Sequence record: MW735835.1
Strand: one strand, 5' to 3'
Length of the DNA: 64,000 bases
This document shows positions 18,312-28,543 of the stretch, one piece after another. Both the position numbers and the translations under genes were made by a program. The notes beneath the pieces were generated by a model that worked only from the letters and a program-made list of their open reading frames with translations, searched no databases and was not told the origin of the DNA. Positions within the stretch are counted from its first letter, which is position 1, and the number at the start of each line of letters is the position of its first letter.

Positions 18312-20384
18312 TCATCGACGATCTGTTGCCAGAGCGAACGCTTTTGCCACGTCGCCAATGATACCCGACATGCTCCACATGACCGCACGTTCTGGGGAAT
18401 GCGCATCATCGAACGCTGCTTGCTGACGAGCCAGACGGATCGCCCATTTACGCAGCCCGTTGATCTCTGCTTCCAGCGGGATGCCGGCCAGGATCGACAG
18501 GAAGTCGGTATAACTGTTGTCATCGTCGTAGGTCGAGCCCAAGAACATCGAGGCTACCGCTACGCCGTTCTCGCCGCCCACAGATGGGATACCACCACCG
18601 AGCCAGGAGATACCTGCACCCACACCGTAACCAGCCGCTTGTACCACACGGTCCGACAGTTCGAACGCAGGGTTGAGCGGCATGTTAATGGCGTTGGTCA
18701 GGTCCAACAGACCCAGTTGGCAATCCACGCCGAGGAAGCCCCCGGTGTTGTTCCAACCGATGTCACCGACACCACGGGTGAACGTCAACGAATCGACGAT
18801 CGCCAGACGGGAGTGAGCACGACCCTGAGCGAAGTACTCGATCAGGAACGGAGCAGTGTGCGACTGCTTACCAGTAGCCAGAGGCACAGACATGGCAAAC
18901 AGGCAGCACATCGGCAGGATCAGGTTCTGCAAGCGCGACACGGGGTCGCCGTACGGGCTTCGCAGCGGGATACTCAGCGACAGCTTGTTGAAGTCACAGC
19001 TGGAGCTGTCCCACACTTTCGGGATGTCGACGTAAGCCGAGCCGGCGAGCTGTGCAAGGCCTTGAATGCCGATACCCTGGCCGATACCAGTGGCGAAGTC
19101 TTTCAACGCACCAAGGGCACCAGAGACGATCCCAGACCCATCGATGTTGCCGTCAAACATGGAGAAGCGAGTCTCACGGGCCGAGGCCGAGATGGCGTTG
19201 ATCTGTTGTCCGACCGAAGCTTCCTTGGTACCGTTGTTGAACGACTCCGACTGAGTGCCGGTGTAGTCCACACGCAGGGACAAGAATTCAGAGCCCATAC
19301 GGGCTTCGGCCATCAATGCATCCTTGGCACGATTGATGACATCGTCACCCATCCGACCAGTCTTCTCAGCGTTCTCGGTCCGGGAAGCCTCTTGCGAGAT
19401 CTTACCCAGCATCTCACTGTCTTTCCAGATCTTGACGTAACCTTCGTAGCTGTTGTCGACCTTACCCACCAGGGCGTAGACGTCACCCATGTCCTCACCG
19501 TAGAGACGTTTCTTGAACGCCTCACGCATCGCTGCTTTACTGGTGATGCCGTTGAGTTCATCGTCGAGAAGGTTACGACGATGGTTGACCAGACGCTGAC
19601 CACGCTGAGCCACAGCGAACACGTCAATGCCACCGTTCTTCCGGTAGATCGATGGGATCAGGTTGTGGTAGGTCTCCACATCCGTGGCCGAGATCCCGTC
19701 TTCGTTCCCGTAGAGTGCCTTGGCACCCTCGTAGATCGGACGCGGGATGATGCCCATGTTGGCTGCGATGCCGTTGACCATCGACGACACCCCACTCCAG
19801 TAGGGCAGCATGGACGGCTTCAGGTAGTAGTACTTCGACGCCGGACGGCGGAAGAAGAAGTTGACAGCCTTACTTACCAGGATCGCAGGCATCAGCGGGA
19901 TAGTCGCTACCGACCCCAATGCCCAACCCAGCGAGTAGAAGAATCCAGGCGCTCGACCCGAACGGGCCATGGAGGCAGCCGGGATCGAGTAGTAGTTCGC
20001 ATAGAACGACGTCAAGCTGTTGAACTGCGGGAAGCCCATACGGAAGTGAACTACCTGCATGTTGTCGTCGAACTTCTCGGAGTACACACGCCCCATGCCG
20101 TTGGTCGACGTGGAGTTGGTGCTGTTGGTCCGCGTGACCTTCGGAACGAGGATACTTTTACCCCGTGCCTCAGATCGACTAAGGATGTTGTGTTTCAAGT
20201 CAGCATAACGGGTGAACTGGGGCAATGGGTTGATAACGTAGTTACCGCCCAAGGTCGTGTCAGTGGCTTTCTGCATCGACGTCGAGTAGATCCGGTTGAT
20301 CACCGCGTCAGTGCCACCGATCACCTGATCAGCGGGCAGCAAGAAAGCCGATTTCACCCAGCTGTCATCCAGAATGTTATCCAT
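18312..20384 (-). CDS. Putative baseplate/tail protein (phiKZ gp182-like, 690 aa)
   Basis: Directly downstream of the giant tail lysin gene, as in phiKZ-like phages; tube/hub-like segments. Confidence 0.6.
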   Translation of the reverse strand: MDNILDDSWVKSAFLLPADQVIGGTDAVINRIYSTSMQKATDTTLGGNYVINPLPQFTRYADLKHNILSRSEARGKSILVPKVTRTNSTNSTSTNGMGRVYSEKFDDNMQVVHFRMGFPQFNSLTSFYANYYSIPAASMARSGRAPGFFYSLGWALGSVATIPLMPAILVSKAVNFFFRRPASKYYYLKPSMLPYWSGVSSMVNGIAANMGIIPRPIYEGAKALYGNEDGISATDVETYHNLIPSIYRKNGGIDVFAVAQRGQRLVNHRRNLLDDELNGITSKAAMREAFKKRLYGEDMGDVYALVGKVDNSYEGYVKIWKDSEMLGKISQEASRTENAEKTGRMGDDVINRAKDALMAEARMGSEFLSLRVDYTGTQSESFNNGTKEASVGQQINAISASARETRFSMFDGNIDGSGIVSGALGALKDFATGIGQGIGIQGLAQLAGSAYVDIPKVWDSSSCDFNKLSLSIPLRSPYGDPVSRLQNLILPMCCLFAMSVPLATGKQSHTAPFLIEYFAQGRAHSRLAIVDSLTFTRGVGDIGWNNTGGFLGVDCQLGLLDLTNAINMPLNPAFELSDRVVQAAGYGVGAGISWLGGGIPSVGGENGVAVASMFLGSTYDDDNSYTDFLSILAGIPLEAEINGLRKWAIRLARQQAAFDDAHSPERAVMWSMSGIIGDVAKAFALATDRR

Positions 20385-20396
20385 ACATGACCTCTG

Positions 20397-20437
20397 AAAA
20401 GAAAAGAGGTGTGAGGGGTGTTACCCCCTCACACCTC
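20397..20437 (-). terminator. Intrinsic terminator after the giant tail gene
   Basis: GAGGTGTGAGGGG-tgttac-CCCCTCACACCTC preceded by AAAAGAAAA, which is a U-tract on the minus strand. Confidence 0.7.
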
Positions 20438-20443
20438 AGTCGC

Positions 20444-23400
20444 TTATACCCGTGCTACGGACACCACTCCCTTCGGTGCAGCTTTAGGAGTGTTGATCGA
20501 TGGGTTCTGCGTCGTCTGAGTCGAGGCTTGCAGCTCTTGAGCTTGCTGGCCAGGAGTCGGCATCGGCAGACCACCGGACTTCACGAGGTTCACGAGGATG
20601 GTCAGCTGTTCAAGCTGGTCTTCGTTCACGTCGATCAGTCGGCCCATGTTCTTGTCCATGCCACCGTAGGTGTTGGCGGCATTTGCAGATTGGGTAGAAG
20701 TTTGAGTCTCAGCCACGCGAGCTGCCACTTCCATCGGTGCAGTGGTGTTCTGCACTTGGCGGGCATCTGCCTTTTCCGCAAGGTTTGCGTTGTCGGCCGG
20801 TGCGGCTTGTGCCACAGTATTTGGAGCACTTGTGGTGTCCGTATCGCCGGCGGGTTTGACCATCGAGGGTACGCTGGCCGAACTGCCGCTGGTGTCTGTA
20901 GCATTCCCACCCGAAGCCACCGCCGTCCCATCGTCTGCCTTCACAACGCCACCGTTGATGCTTTGAGCGACTTGTGCCGCGTCGGCCTTACGGTGTTTCG
21001 TCAACTTAGCGTCGAAGTCGTTGTATACAGCAGCAACAGTCCGAGGGTTGCCGTTCCGATCGTAGAAGATCGACGGGTTGGATTTCGCCTGGTCAGCGCC
21101 TACGTGGTTGATGGCCGGATCACCAGGTGGTGCCGCAAGGAAGCGCTTGGCTCCGTACGGACCGAGGAAGTGAGCCATGTAGACGTCGGTGTCCGTCACA
21201 TTGCTCTTCACCTTCTTGATGACGTCGATGTTTTCCTTGATGAATTCCAGGCCAAGGAGTGCGTTAGCACGAGGATCATGCTGGGTCGTGTTGGGGTTGA
21301 TGCCGTACTTCGCCGCGTACTTCTTCATCAGCTCCGCCCAAGTGCCTTTAATCACTTGGTAGAACGAAGCTGCCGAGGAGAGGACTCCTGCGGAAGGGTT
21401 CTTCGGGTTCTTGTACGGGATGGCATTCGGACGGAAGCCCGATTCCACACCAGCAATGGACGCAGCCAGAGCCGGGTCTACCCCCACCATGTTGGCCGCA
21501 GCCATCAAGGTGTCTTTCACGTTATCCCACCCATCGCCTTTCGGCTCAGGGATGCTGTTGATGTTACCGCCCGAACCACCACCCGGGTGCGAGATCGGTG
21601 TACCCGGGGTGAATGCAGCCGCACCCGACGGTTGTACCGATTGGCCAGACGGACTGACCGCACCTTGTTGTGCCGGCTTGGAATCGCCACCAAAGCCCAG
21701 AGCGTCTTTCGCGCCTTTCCACATGCTGCCAAACCAGCTATCGGATTCACCCGATTGGCTACCTTGACTGCCGGAGCTTGGGCCCTGTTGGCCATCGGCC
21801 GAGGCAGGACGATTGATCTGGGTCTGGTCCTTCTCGATGATCTTGCCGTCTTTGTCGCGGACTTGACCAGCAATCGGAGCGGTGTTCTCCTGGAGGGTCT
21901 TGTCTTTGATCTTGGTGGAGAGCAGGTACAGCGGCTCCTTCACCGACTCGGGATCATCGTTGAGGGCGTAACCAGGCCACGGCGATTCAGTGATATCCCA
22001 CACGGAGATCTCAGCTTCACCACGGGCGTTGGCGGTTTCCCTCAATACATCGACCAGCTCTTCCGTCTTCAGGCGGTCTGCTGCATCCTTGGCGTCAATG
22101 TTAGCACGCCGGCGGACAGACGAGCAGTATTGCAGGAAGGTCGGCATGAACCGGCGATAGAACCAGATGTACACGTTCTCGGCTTCGTTCCCGATGGGGG
22201 AGAAGATCGACTCAGCGATACCGTGACACTCACTTGGGTCGTCGAAGAACGCTTGGTTGCCTTTGTCGTACTTGACACGGTCCCAGAGGCTGTTCTCCAG
22301 CATCTCCAGGTGGCCCGACTTGATGGCGAGCATTTCAGTCAGACCGTAGACACGATAACGGACAGGTTTGCCGTCATCCAGTTCTGTTGCAGCGCCTGGC
22401 TTCATCATCAGCAATGCCGCACCAGCCGCGGCTGGTGCACTGGTCATGCCTGTCTTCAGCAGGGCACCTGGACCGCCTGTTGCTTTCTGAATGCTCTGTA
22501 CCGGCGGAACATCCGTCTTGCTGGCGGTTGGGATCGCGGACTTGGACCCGGTATCGACGTTAGCGGCCTCGAGGCGTTTCGCCGCTTGGCCACGGATCTG
22601 GCTACCGATGACACCAGAAGCCACAGCCCCGGCCATCTTCTCGCCACTCGTCTTATCCTTGTCCTCTTCCTTCTTGATGTATTCCTTGATCTCGTCCTTG
22701 GCTTCAGCAATGACGTCTTTCACGTCACCGGCATCCATGTCCAGCTCCTCGTCTTCGAAGGGACTGACCATGGCGTTGAACACTTCCGGTTGATCGTACA
22801 TGGCAACCTTGTCAGCAAACTGGAACGCTGCCTTACCGGTTACTTTTGCATCGATCTGCGTCAGGTCCGTGGACTTGGTCAAAGCGTAATAGTTGGAGAC
22901 GTGCTTCAGGTACACTGCCGCGAAACGTCCCTTCAAGAACTGACCGGCCCTGGCAAAGAGTTCGTTCTCCTCAGCAGGGATTTCGGTGTCGATCTTGAGA
23001 ATTTTGGTGAGAGCTTCCACTGGTACGGATTGGGAGTTCACCGTTGCCTTACCTTCGGAGTCAACCGAGGTGTATTGGGCGAACAGTTTCTCCAGCTCAA
23101 CGAGTTGCTTGAACTCTTCGGAGTCAGCCTTAGGCTTGATACCGTACTGAGCCATCCGGATACGGGTCAGGGGAGGCAGCTTTTCTTTGTTCTGGGCGTA
23201 GATGTACGCACCGATGGCGATACCTGCACCAACGATACCGATCACCGCCAGTACTGGAGCACTGACGAGACCAGCAGCACCGATCAAGGCACCCAACGCG
23301 GCACGCCCGGCCATGCCGGCTACGAGGCGAGTCAACGGGTTGGTCAGAATACCACCTGCCAACCGAGCAGCGCCGCCTACACCACGGAACGCAGTCTTGG

Positions 23401-26400
23401 TAGTCCACCATGCCGCTTTCGCCGCATTCTTGGTGAGCCACGCACCACCTTTGAGACCGCCCTTCAGAATCCGTCCTGCGGTACCCATCTTGTCGAGTTG
23501 ACGACCGCCCCAGTTGGCGATCTTGCCCAAACGACCAACGCGTCCAGCTCGACGAGCAGCCGTACGGCCTGCACGACCACCTTTACGTTTGCCATCCGGA
23601 CCGTCACCACCACCGAACCAGTCACCGATGGAATCCATGATCCCACCGCCTTCTTCGTCGTCACCGTCACCCTTGTTGCCCAGCTGCGCCATCAGAGTGG
23701 CCAGAGCACCATTCTTGGCGAACAGGCCTTGGATCTCACTCCCTTTACCTTTGGCTGCTTCCTTGACTTTCTCAATGGCTGCATCGCGCTTGGCTTGCAG
23801 GTCCTTGTAGCTGCCCTTGCGGACGCGCTCTTGGGTTACCTGCTTCAGGGTTTCGTACTGGAGTTGAACAGAGCGAAGTGCCAGGGTCAGCATGTCTTCA
23901 TCTTTGTCGCCAGTCAGCTCGCTCGAGACATCCGCGCCAGCTTTCCCGCCTCCAAAGAACCGCATCAGACGCTTCATGCGCGGCCTGAACTTCTTCTTCT
24001 CTTCCGCAGCCTTACGGCCGAGGTTGTCCACGAATTCACCCGGCTTGCCGGTGCCACGCATCTCGTTGATGGTGTTGCCCAAGCTATTGATCCTGGCTTT
24101 CCCGCCAGCGATCATGCCGGATGTCCATACACCAGCACCACTGGTTTTGAACTTGGCGTACTTGTCAGCGAAAGTGCCTTGGACCTTTCCTTTATAGTCC
24201 GCGATCACACCGCTGTCGACGATGTCGTTGTACTTGGCAATGGTCCGGCCTTTGAGGTCGACCACGTCGCCCTGGATATCCTCCCAACGCTTCAGGACTT
24301 CGCCCGTTGCCTTGTCTTTGTACTCGCCCGCACGGAGCTTGTACTCCTGGAGGATAGGGTGGTCCTCACCCTGAATCCAGATGTCCTTGGCGGTTGCCTT
24401 GAACTCACCGAATTTCTTCTGGCCTTTCTTGTACTGCCCGCGGCTCCAGTCAGACAGCTTCTTGCTGTTTTCACTGACGCTGCCTTTGAACCCACGCCAC
24501 CCGTTCTGGATGTCGCCGTAGAGTTGGCTAGAACCACCGCCACCCCCACAACCGCACTTGGTCAGTTCCTTGAGCAGGTCCACGGTCTCCGAGTGGAAGT
24601 CCCGCGACTCACGGATCAACGTGATGAGGGTACTCTTGTCTCCTAGGAACCTTTCGAGTCCGGATCTTCGAGTTTCGCCTTCACCTCGTTCAGACACCAT
24701 GCGATCAGCTCGATTAGCACTATCGGCAAGAGCAGCACTAATTTTGCCAACGATACCACCACGATCCCCAAGCTTACCAGCAAGATCAGGAGCATTCGGC
24801 CCGCTTTGCGGAGTTCCTGCTTTGCCTGCATTGTCATCTTCATCGAGTATCGAACTCCAGATCTTGTCAAAGTTGATCCGGTCTTCCCGGCCTTGACGTT
24901 CGATGAAACCCAGCTTACGCAGGGAGTCCTTACCCAAGACGTCGCCCAAGATGCGGATACGGTCACCCGCAGCAGGGATCATGCTCGTCATCCCGAGGAA
25001 CTTATCGCGGATGTCGTTGAAGCGCGACTTACCTTCGGTGCTCCCGTCGGCCATGTTGCCGTCGAGGTCGAGGTTAAACGTATCAATGATGAGCGACGTG
25101 ATCTCATCGACAACACCGACGTCTTCGTTGGGGTACGAAGCCGGATCGGCCAGGCGCTTAGGTACGAGGTCGTTCCCGTTGGCCAGTTCGTCGAGGATCT
25201 TGCGCTTCAGAACCCGCTGAGCTTTCGAGGACATGGTGTCCCCGCCGATCTCCTTCAGGAAGTCCTCTGCGGCCAGGCGCAGCGAATCCCGTTCAGAGCG
25301 GTTCAGGATCTGACGGCTTACGTCTTGAAGCTGTTCTTTCTCGGAGGTGAAGCCACCCCGAATGACGTTGTAAACCCGGCGGTCTTCCTTGGACTCACCA
25401 GTGACCGCGATGCGGCTCCAGTGAGCGATCTCCGACAGGTAACCCGGAATGATCTCGATCAACGAGCGACGCGCGATGGCGTCAAAGGTCGCGACTTCAT
25501 CCAGTTTGGTGACCGACGTACCGCCTGGGCGCGAGTCCAGCGAGAACTGCGGCAGGAAGTTCTTGAACATCTGGGTTGCGATTGCACGGAACCCGGTGCC
25601 CTCGGTCTTGGACTGAGCGTATTCGTTGATCCGCTGCGGGATACCAGAGAAGGTATTGCGCAGCTTCTCACCACCACGAGCAATGTACTTGTTCTTAGCG
25701 AGGTAAGGCGACAGGTGGAGCGAGGCATAATCCCGCACCGTCGACCCAATCATCGAGCCGATCACATTACCTGCCATCTCGTGCTTGTCGATGTCCTCGC
25801 CACCCATGGCGTTCATCTGACGCATCGGGTCCAGAACGCCCTGCACCATGCCGGAGACGTTGTTCATCACCTGCGAGGCGTAGTTCTGGGTCCAGTTCGA
25901 GATGGTGTTCAGACCCGCACCCATCAGGCGCTGGTGAGCCAACTGGCTGAACATTTCGCTACCGCGGATTTTCACCGCTTCAGGCAGCGCCGTGTTCTTC
26001 CGGATGTTCTCCAGGATGACGGTGTGTTTCTGAGTCGCTTCCGTCATGATGTCGACGAGCTGGCGCTGCGTCGCAAACTGACGATAGTTGAGTTCCAGCA
26101 TCTTCTGCTGGTACTTCGCAGTGACCTTGTCCTGATAACCAACCAGGCGGGCCATGCTCTTGTTGATTGCAGTCAGTACCTGAATGTTGGATTTGAAGCG
26201 CTCTTGGTCGAGGGCTTTTTCTTCCAGATTCTGGGCAGCATCTTGCTTACGTTGTTCTTCGTCGGCAGCGCCCTTGGCTTTGAAGATTTCAGCCAGGGCA
26301 GCAATCTCAGACTCTTCCTGTTCACGCTTATAATCAGCGTCCGACTTGACTTGGTAGTCGGTGTCTTCTTCCAGGGAGTCGTTGATCCGTTTAACCAGTT

Positions 26401-26764
26401 TCGCAGGGAGGACCTTGTTGCCCACCATCTGCATGGCTTTTTGACCGAAACGCTTACTGCCACGAACGATCTCTGGGGAATCTCCAGTTATCTTATCGTA
26501 TAGCGATCGGGCATCGGATGCGACGTTTGAAACGGTGTCTGCGGCAAGGCCGTAGCCTGCTGGCAGGGCCATCGTCATGGCTTTGCGCAAAGCGGCCGGG
26601 GTGGCCAATTCTTCTTTGGCCCCTTGCAGCGCACCTTTGACTACACGAGTGACTGGCTTCCGGGAATTCTCGTCTGGCTCTTCATCGCCCTTCCATTCAG
26701 GAATGTCGAAATCGAAGCTATCGAGATCCATGTTGTCCAAGTCGATGTCGTCTTTCTTTGCCAT
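20444..26764 (-). CDS. Giant tail protein with C-proximal lytic transglycosylase domain (phiKZ gp181-like, 2106 aa)
   Basis: GVDPALAASIAGVESGF (catalytic Glu), YQVIKGTW, VYMAHFLGPYGA motifs; central Gly/Ala hydrophobic segment; mostly helical N-terminus. Confidence 0.88.
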   Translation of the reverse strand: MAKKDDIDLDNMDLDSFDFDIPEWKGDEEPDENSRKPVTRVVKGALQGAKEELATPAALRKAMTMALPAGYGLAADTVSNVASDARSLYDKITGDSPEIVRGSKRFGQKAMQMVGNKVLPAKLVKRINDSLEEDTDYQVKSDADYKREQEESEIAALAEIFKAKGAADEEQRKQDAAQNLEEKALDQERFKSNIQVLTAINKSMARLVGYQDKVTAKYQQKMLELNYRQFATQRQLVDIMTEATQKHTVILENIRKNTALPEAVKIRGSEMFSQLAHQRLMGAGLNTISNWTQNYASQVMNNVSGMVQGVLDPMRQMNAMGGEDIDKHEMAGNVIGSMIGSTVRDYASLHLSPYLAKNKYIARGGEKLRNTFSGIPQRINEYAQSKTEGTGFRAIATQMFKNFLPQFSLDSRPGGTSVTKLDEVATFDAIARRSLIEIIPGYLSEIAHWSRIAVTGESKEDRRVYNVIRGGFTSEKEQLQDVSRQILNRSERDSLRLAAEDFLKEIGGDTMSSKAQRVLKRKILDELANGNDLVPKRLADPASYPNEDVGVVDEITSLIIDTFNLDLDGNMADGSTEGKSRFNDIRDKFLGMTSMIPAAGDRIRILGDVLGKDSLRKLGFIERQGREDRINFDKIWSSILDEDDNAGKAGTPQSGPNAPDLAGKLGDRGGIVGKISAALADSANRADRMVSERGEGETRRSGLERFLGDKSTLITLIRESRDFHSETVDLLKELTKCGCGGGGGSSQLYGDIQNGWRGFKGSVSENSKKLSDWSRGQYKKGQKKFGEFKATAKDIWIQGEDHPILQEYKLRAGEYKDKATGEVLKRWEDIQGDVVDLKGRTIAKYNDIVDSGVIADYKGKVQGTFADKYAKFKTSGAGVWTSGMIAGGKARINSLGNTINEMRGTGKPGEFVDNLGRKAAEEKKKFRPRMKRLMRFFGGGKAGADVSSELTGDKDEDMLTLALRSVQLQYETLKQVTQERVRKGSYKDLQAKRDAAIEKVKEAAKGKGSEIQGLFAKNGALATLMAQLGNKGDGDDEEGGGIMDSIGDWFGGGDGPDGKRKGGRAGRTAARRAGRVGRLGKIANWGGRQLDKMGTAGRILKGGLKGGAWLTKNAAKAAWWTTKTAFRGVGGAARLAGGILTNPLTRLVAGMAGRAALGALIGAAGLVSAPVLAVIGIVGAGIAIGAYIYAQNKEKLPPLTRIRMAQYGIKPKADSEEFKQLVELEKLFAQYTSVDSEGKATVNSQSVPVEALTKILKIDTEIPAEENELFARAGQFLKGRFAAVYLKHVSNYYALTKSTDLTQIDAKVTGKAAFQFADKVAMYDQPEVFNAMVSPFEDEELDMDAGDVKDVIAEAKDEIKEYIKKEEDKDKTSGEKMAGAVASGVIGSQIRGQAAKRLEAANVDTGSKSAIPTASKTDVPPVQSIQKATGGPGALLKTGMTSAPAAAGAALLMMKPGAATELDDGKPVRYRVYGLTEMLAIKSGHLEMLENSLWDRVKYDKGNQAFFDDPSECHGIAESIFSPIGNEAENVYIWFYRRFMPTFLQYCSSVRRRANIDAKDAADRLKTEELVDVLRETANARGEAEISVWDITESPWPGYALNDDPESVKEPLYLLSTKIKDKTLQENTAPIAGQVRDKDGKIIEKDQTQINRPASADGQQGPSSGSQGSQSGESDSWFGSMWKGAKDALGFGGDSKPAQQGAVSPSGQSVQPSGAAAFTPGTPISHPGGGSGGNINSIPEPKGDGWDNVKDTLMAAANMVGVDPALAASIAGVESGFRPNAIPYKNPKNPSAGVLSSAASFYQVIKGTWAELMKKYAAKYGINPNTTQHDPRANALLGLEFIKENIDVIKKVKSNVTDTDVYMAHFLGPYGAKRFLAAPPGDPAINHVGADQAKSNPSIFYDRNGNPRTVAAVYNDFDAKLTKHRKADAAQVAQSINGGVVKADDGTAVASGGNATDTSGSSASVPSMVKPAGDTDTTSAPNTVAQAAPADNANLAEKADARQVQNTTAPMEVAARVAETQTSTQSANAANTYGGMDKNMGRLIDVNEDQLEQLTILVNLVKSGGLPMPTPGQQAQELQASTQTTQNPSINTPKAAPKGVVSVARV

Positions 26765-26803
26765 CGAAATTCTCCAAATTGGCTTATAATACTAAGCCTC
26801 CTT

Positions 26804-26812
26804 CATACCAAC
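26804..26812 (-). promoter_or_regulatory. Candidate late promoter GTTGGTATG
   Basis: Variant of AATGGTATG about 40 nt upstream of the 26764 start. Confidence 0.4.
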
Positions 26813-26839
26813 TGTCTAAATGACTCCGAAATTTACGGG

Positions 26840-28543
26840 ATGCCTTTTATGACCGCCGATATGCAGCCCATCAACGGGCCTGTGGGACCCAGCATCCAGT
26901 ACGCTGAAGTCCCCGCAAAAGTCTGGCCGATGGTCCTGACGAAAGAGCGGGTGAGCCGGATGACTCCGGTGACCAGCTTGGACATCTACGACGGGGCCAG
27001 CAGCGAGTTCCACGATCAAGGTCTGTACTCGACTGCGATCTTTGGCCGTGTTGGTTCGGACGAGCGTGACACCACGTTCTCCTACATCGACCTGAAGGTG
27101 CGCATCTTCCACCCGAAGATCTTCCGTGACCTGATGAGCCTAAAGTCCATCTACCGCGGCATCTGCTCCGGGCGTGAGACGGCCATCTTCGATCCGGTGA
27201 CCAAGGACTTCGTTGCAGACAGTTCCGAGAAGGCTGAAACCGGCTACAGTTTCTTCGTACGCCACTTCCCTGAACTGCAACTGCGCAAGTCGAAGTCCCC
27301 GACTCGTCAGATCCGGGTGGAGTTCATCAACAAGTGGAAAGATGCAGCCCTCACCCGCTACATCCCTGTGTTGCCAGCAGGTATCCGTGACATCGAGATC
27401 GATGACAACGGCATGGCAACCAAGAACGAGATCCACGACCTCTACTACCGCGCGCTGTCCATCTCGAACACCATCCCGGTGACCTCCGACATGGAAAGTC
27501 CGGCCCTGGACATCGCCCGTAACGCGTTGACCAACTGCCTGTCCGAGATCTACGACCTGATCGAAGGCATGCTGGCTGGCAAGAACGGCTTCATCCTCGA
27601 CAAGTGGGCTTCGCGGCGTGTGGTCTACGGTACGCGTAACGTACTGACCGTGATGGACACCTCCATTGCGGACCTGAACAACGACAACGCCCCTGGTTTC
27701 GATGCGACCACCCTCGGCCTGTTCCAGGTCATCAAGGGCATGACGCCGCTGACCATCCACCACATGCGTCGGACCTTCGGCAATCAGATCCAAGCCGGTG
27801 AAGGCCAGGCTCAACTGATCGACAAGAAGACCTTGCGGCCAGTCTGGGTGACCCTGTCGCCCGATTCACGCGACCAGTGGACCACTCGTGACGGCCTGAC
27901 TGCGGTTATCGACCGTTACCAGATGGTCGAGATGCGTAACCGCCCTGTGGAGATCGAGGATCACTACCTCGCGCTGATCTACCGGGGTCCGGACAACACC
28001 TTCCGCATCTTCTTCGACATCGCCGAACTGCCGGATCACCTCGATCCGATGAACGTGCACCCGATCAACCTGGTCGAGCTGCTGTACCTGTGCGGTTATG
28101 CGTACTGGAACAAGTACTTCGCTCAGATCTGTCGTTACCCGATCTCCGGTAACCGCTCCATCTATGCTTCCCGCGTTTACGTCAAGACCACGGTGGTCGG
28201 TGAACGTCGTGTGGAGCTGAATGAGATGTGGGAACCGTACACCGATGAAGACCATGTGGCGCTCGAGTTTCCAAAACCGGGTTCGACCTCCTATATGGAC
28301 ACGCAGTCCCCGCACAGCACCAAGCTGGTCGGCCTGCAAGCGGACTTCGACGGTGACACCGGTTCGGCAACACTGATCATGTCCAAGGAAGCCATGCAAG
28401 AGAACGATCGTACTCTGCGTTCACGCCAGTACTGGGTGGATACCGACGGCTCCCTCATTTCTTCGTACGACTACGACACCCTCAAGTACGTCGTCACCAA
28501 CCTGACAGGACGATTCAAACATGGGCGTAATGTTTCTCTATGA
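26840..28543 (+). CDS. rpoC: Virion RNA polymerase beta' subunit, N-terminal piece with catalytic motif (phiKZ gp180-like)
   Basis: GLYSTAIFG...YIDLKVRIFHP (beta' region A), IPVLPAGIRD, catalytic LQADFDGD. Start is 26840, 26849 or 26861. Confidence 0.92.
   Translation: MPFMTADMQPINGPVGPSIQYAEVPAKVWPMVLTKERVSRMTPVTSLDIYDGASSEFHDQGLYSTAIFGRVGSDERDTTFSYIDLKVRIFHPKIFRDLMSLKSIYRGICSGRETAIFDPVTKDFVADSSEKAETGYSFFVRHFPELQLRKSKSPTRQIRVEFINKWKDAALTRYIPVLPAGIRDIEIDDNGMATKNEIHDLYYRALSISNTIPVTSDMESPALDIARNALTNCLSEIYDLIEGMLAGKNGFILDKWASRRVVYGTRNVLTVMDTSIADLNNDNAPGFDATTLGLFQVIKGMTPLTIHHMRRTFGNQIQAGEGQAQLIDKKTLRPVWVTLSPDSRDQWTTRDGLTAVIDRYQMVEMRNRPVEIEDHYLALIYRGPDNTFRIFFDIAELPDHLDPMNVHPINLVELLYLCGYAYWNKYFAQICRYPISGNRSIYASRVYVKTTVVGERRVELNEMWEPYTDEDHVALEFPKPGSTSYMDTQSPHSTKLVGLQADFDGDTGSATLIMSKEAMQENDRTLRSRQYWVDTDGSLISSYDYDTLKYVVTNLTGRFKHGRNVSL

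Noticed and set aside
20387-24646. 1419-aa plus-strand ORF
   Set aside because: Antisense shadow of the giant tail gene. Biased codon usage leaves the opposite frame stop-poor, there is no SD and the composition is unnatural.
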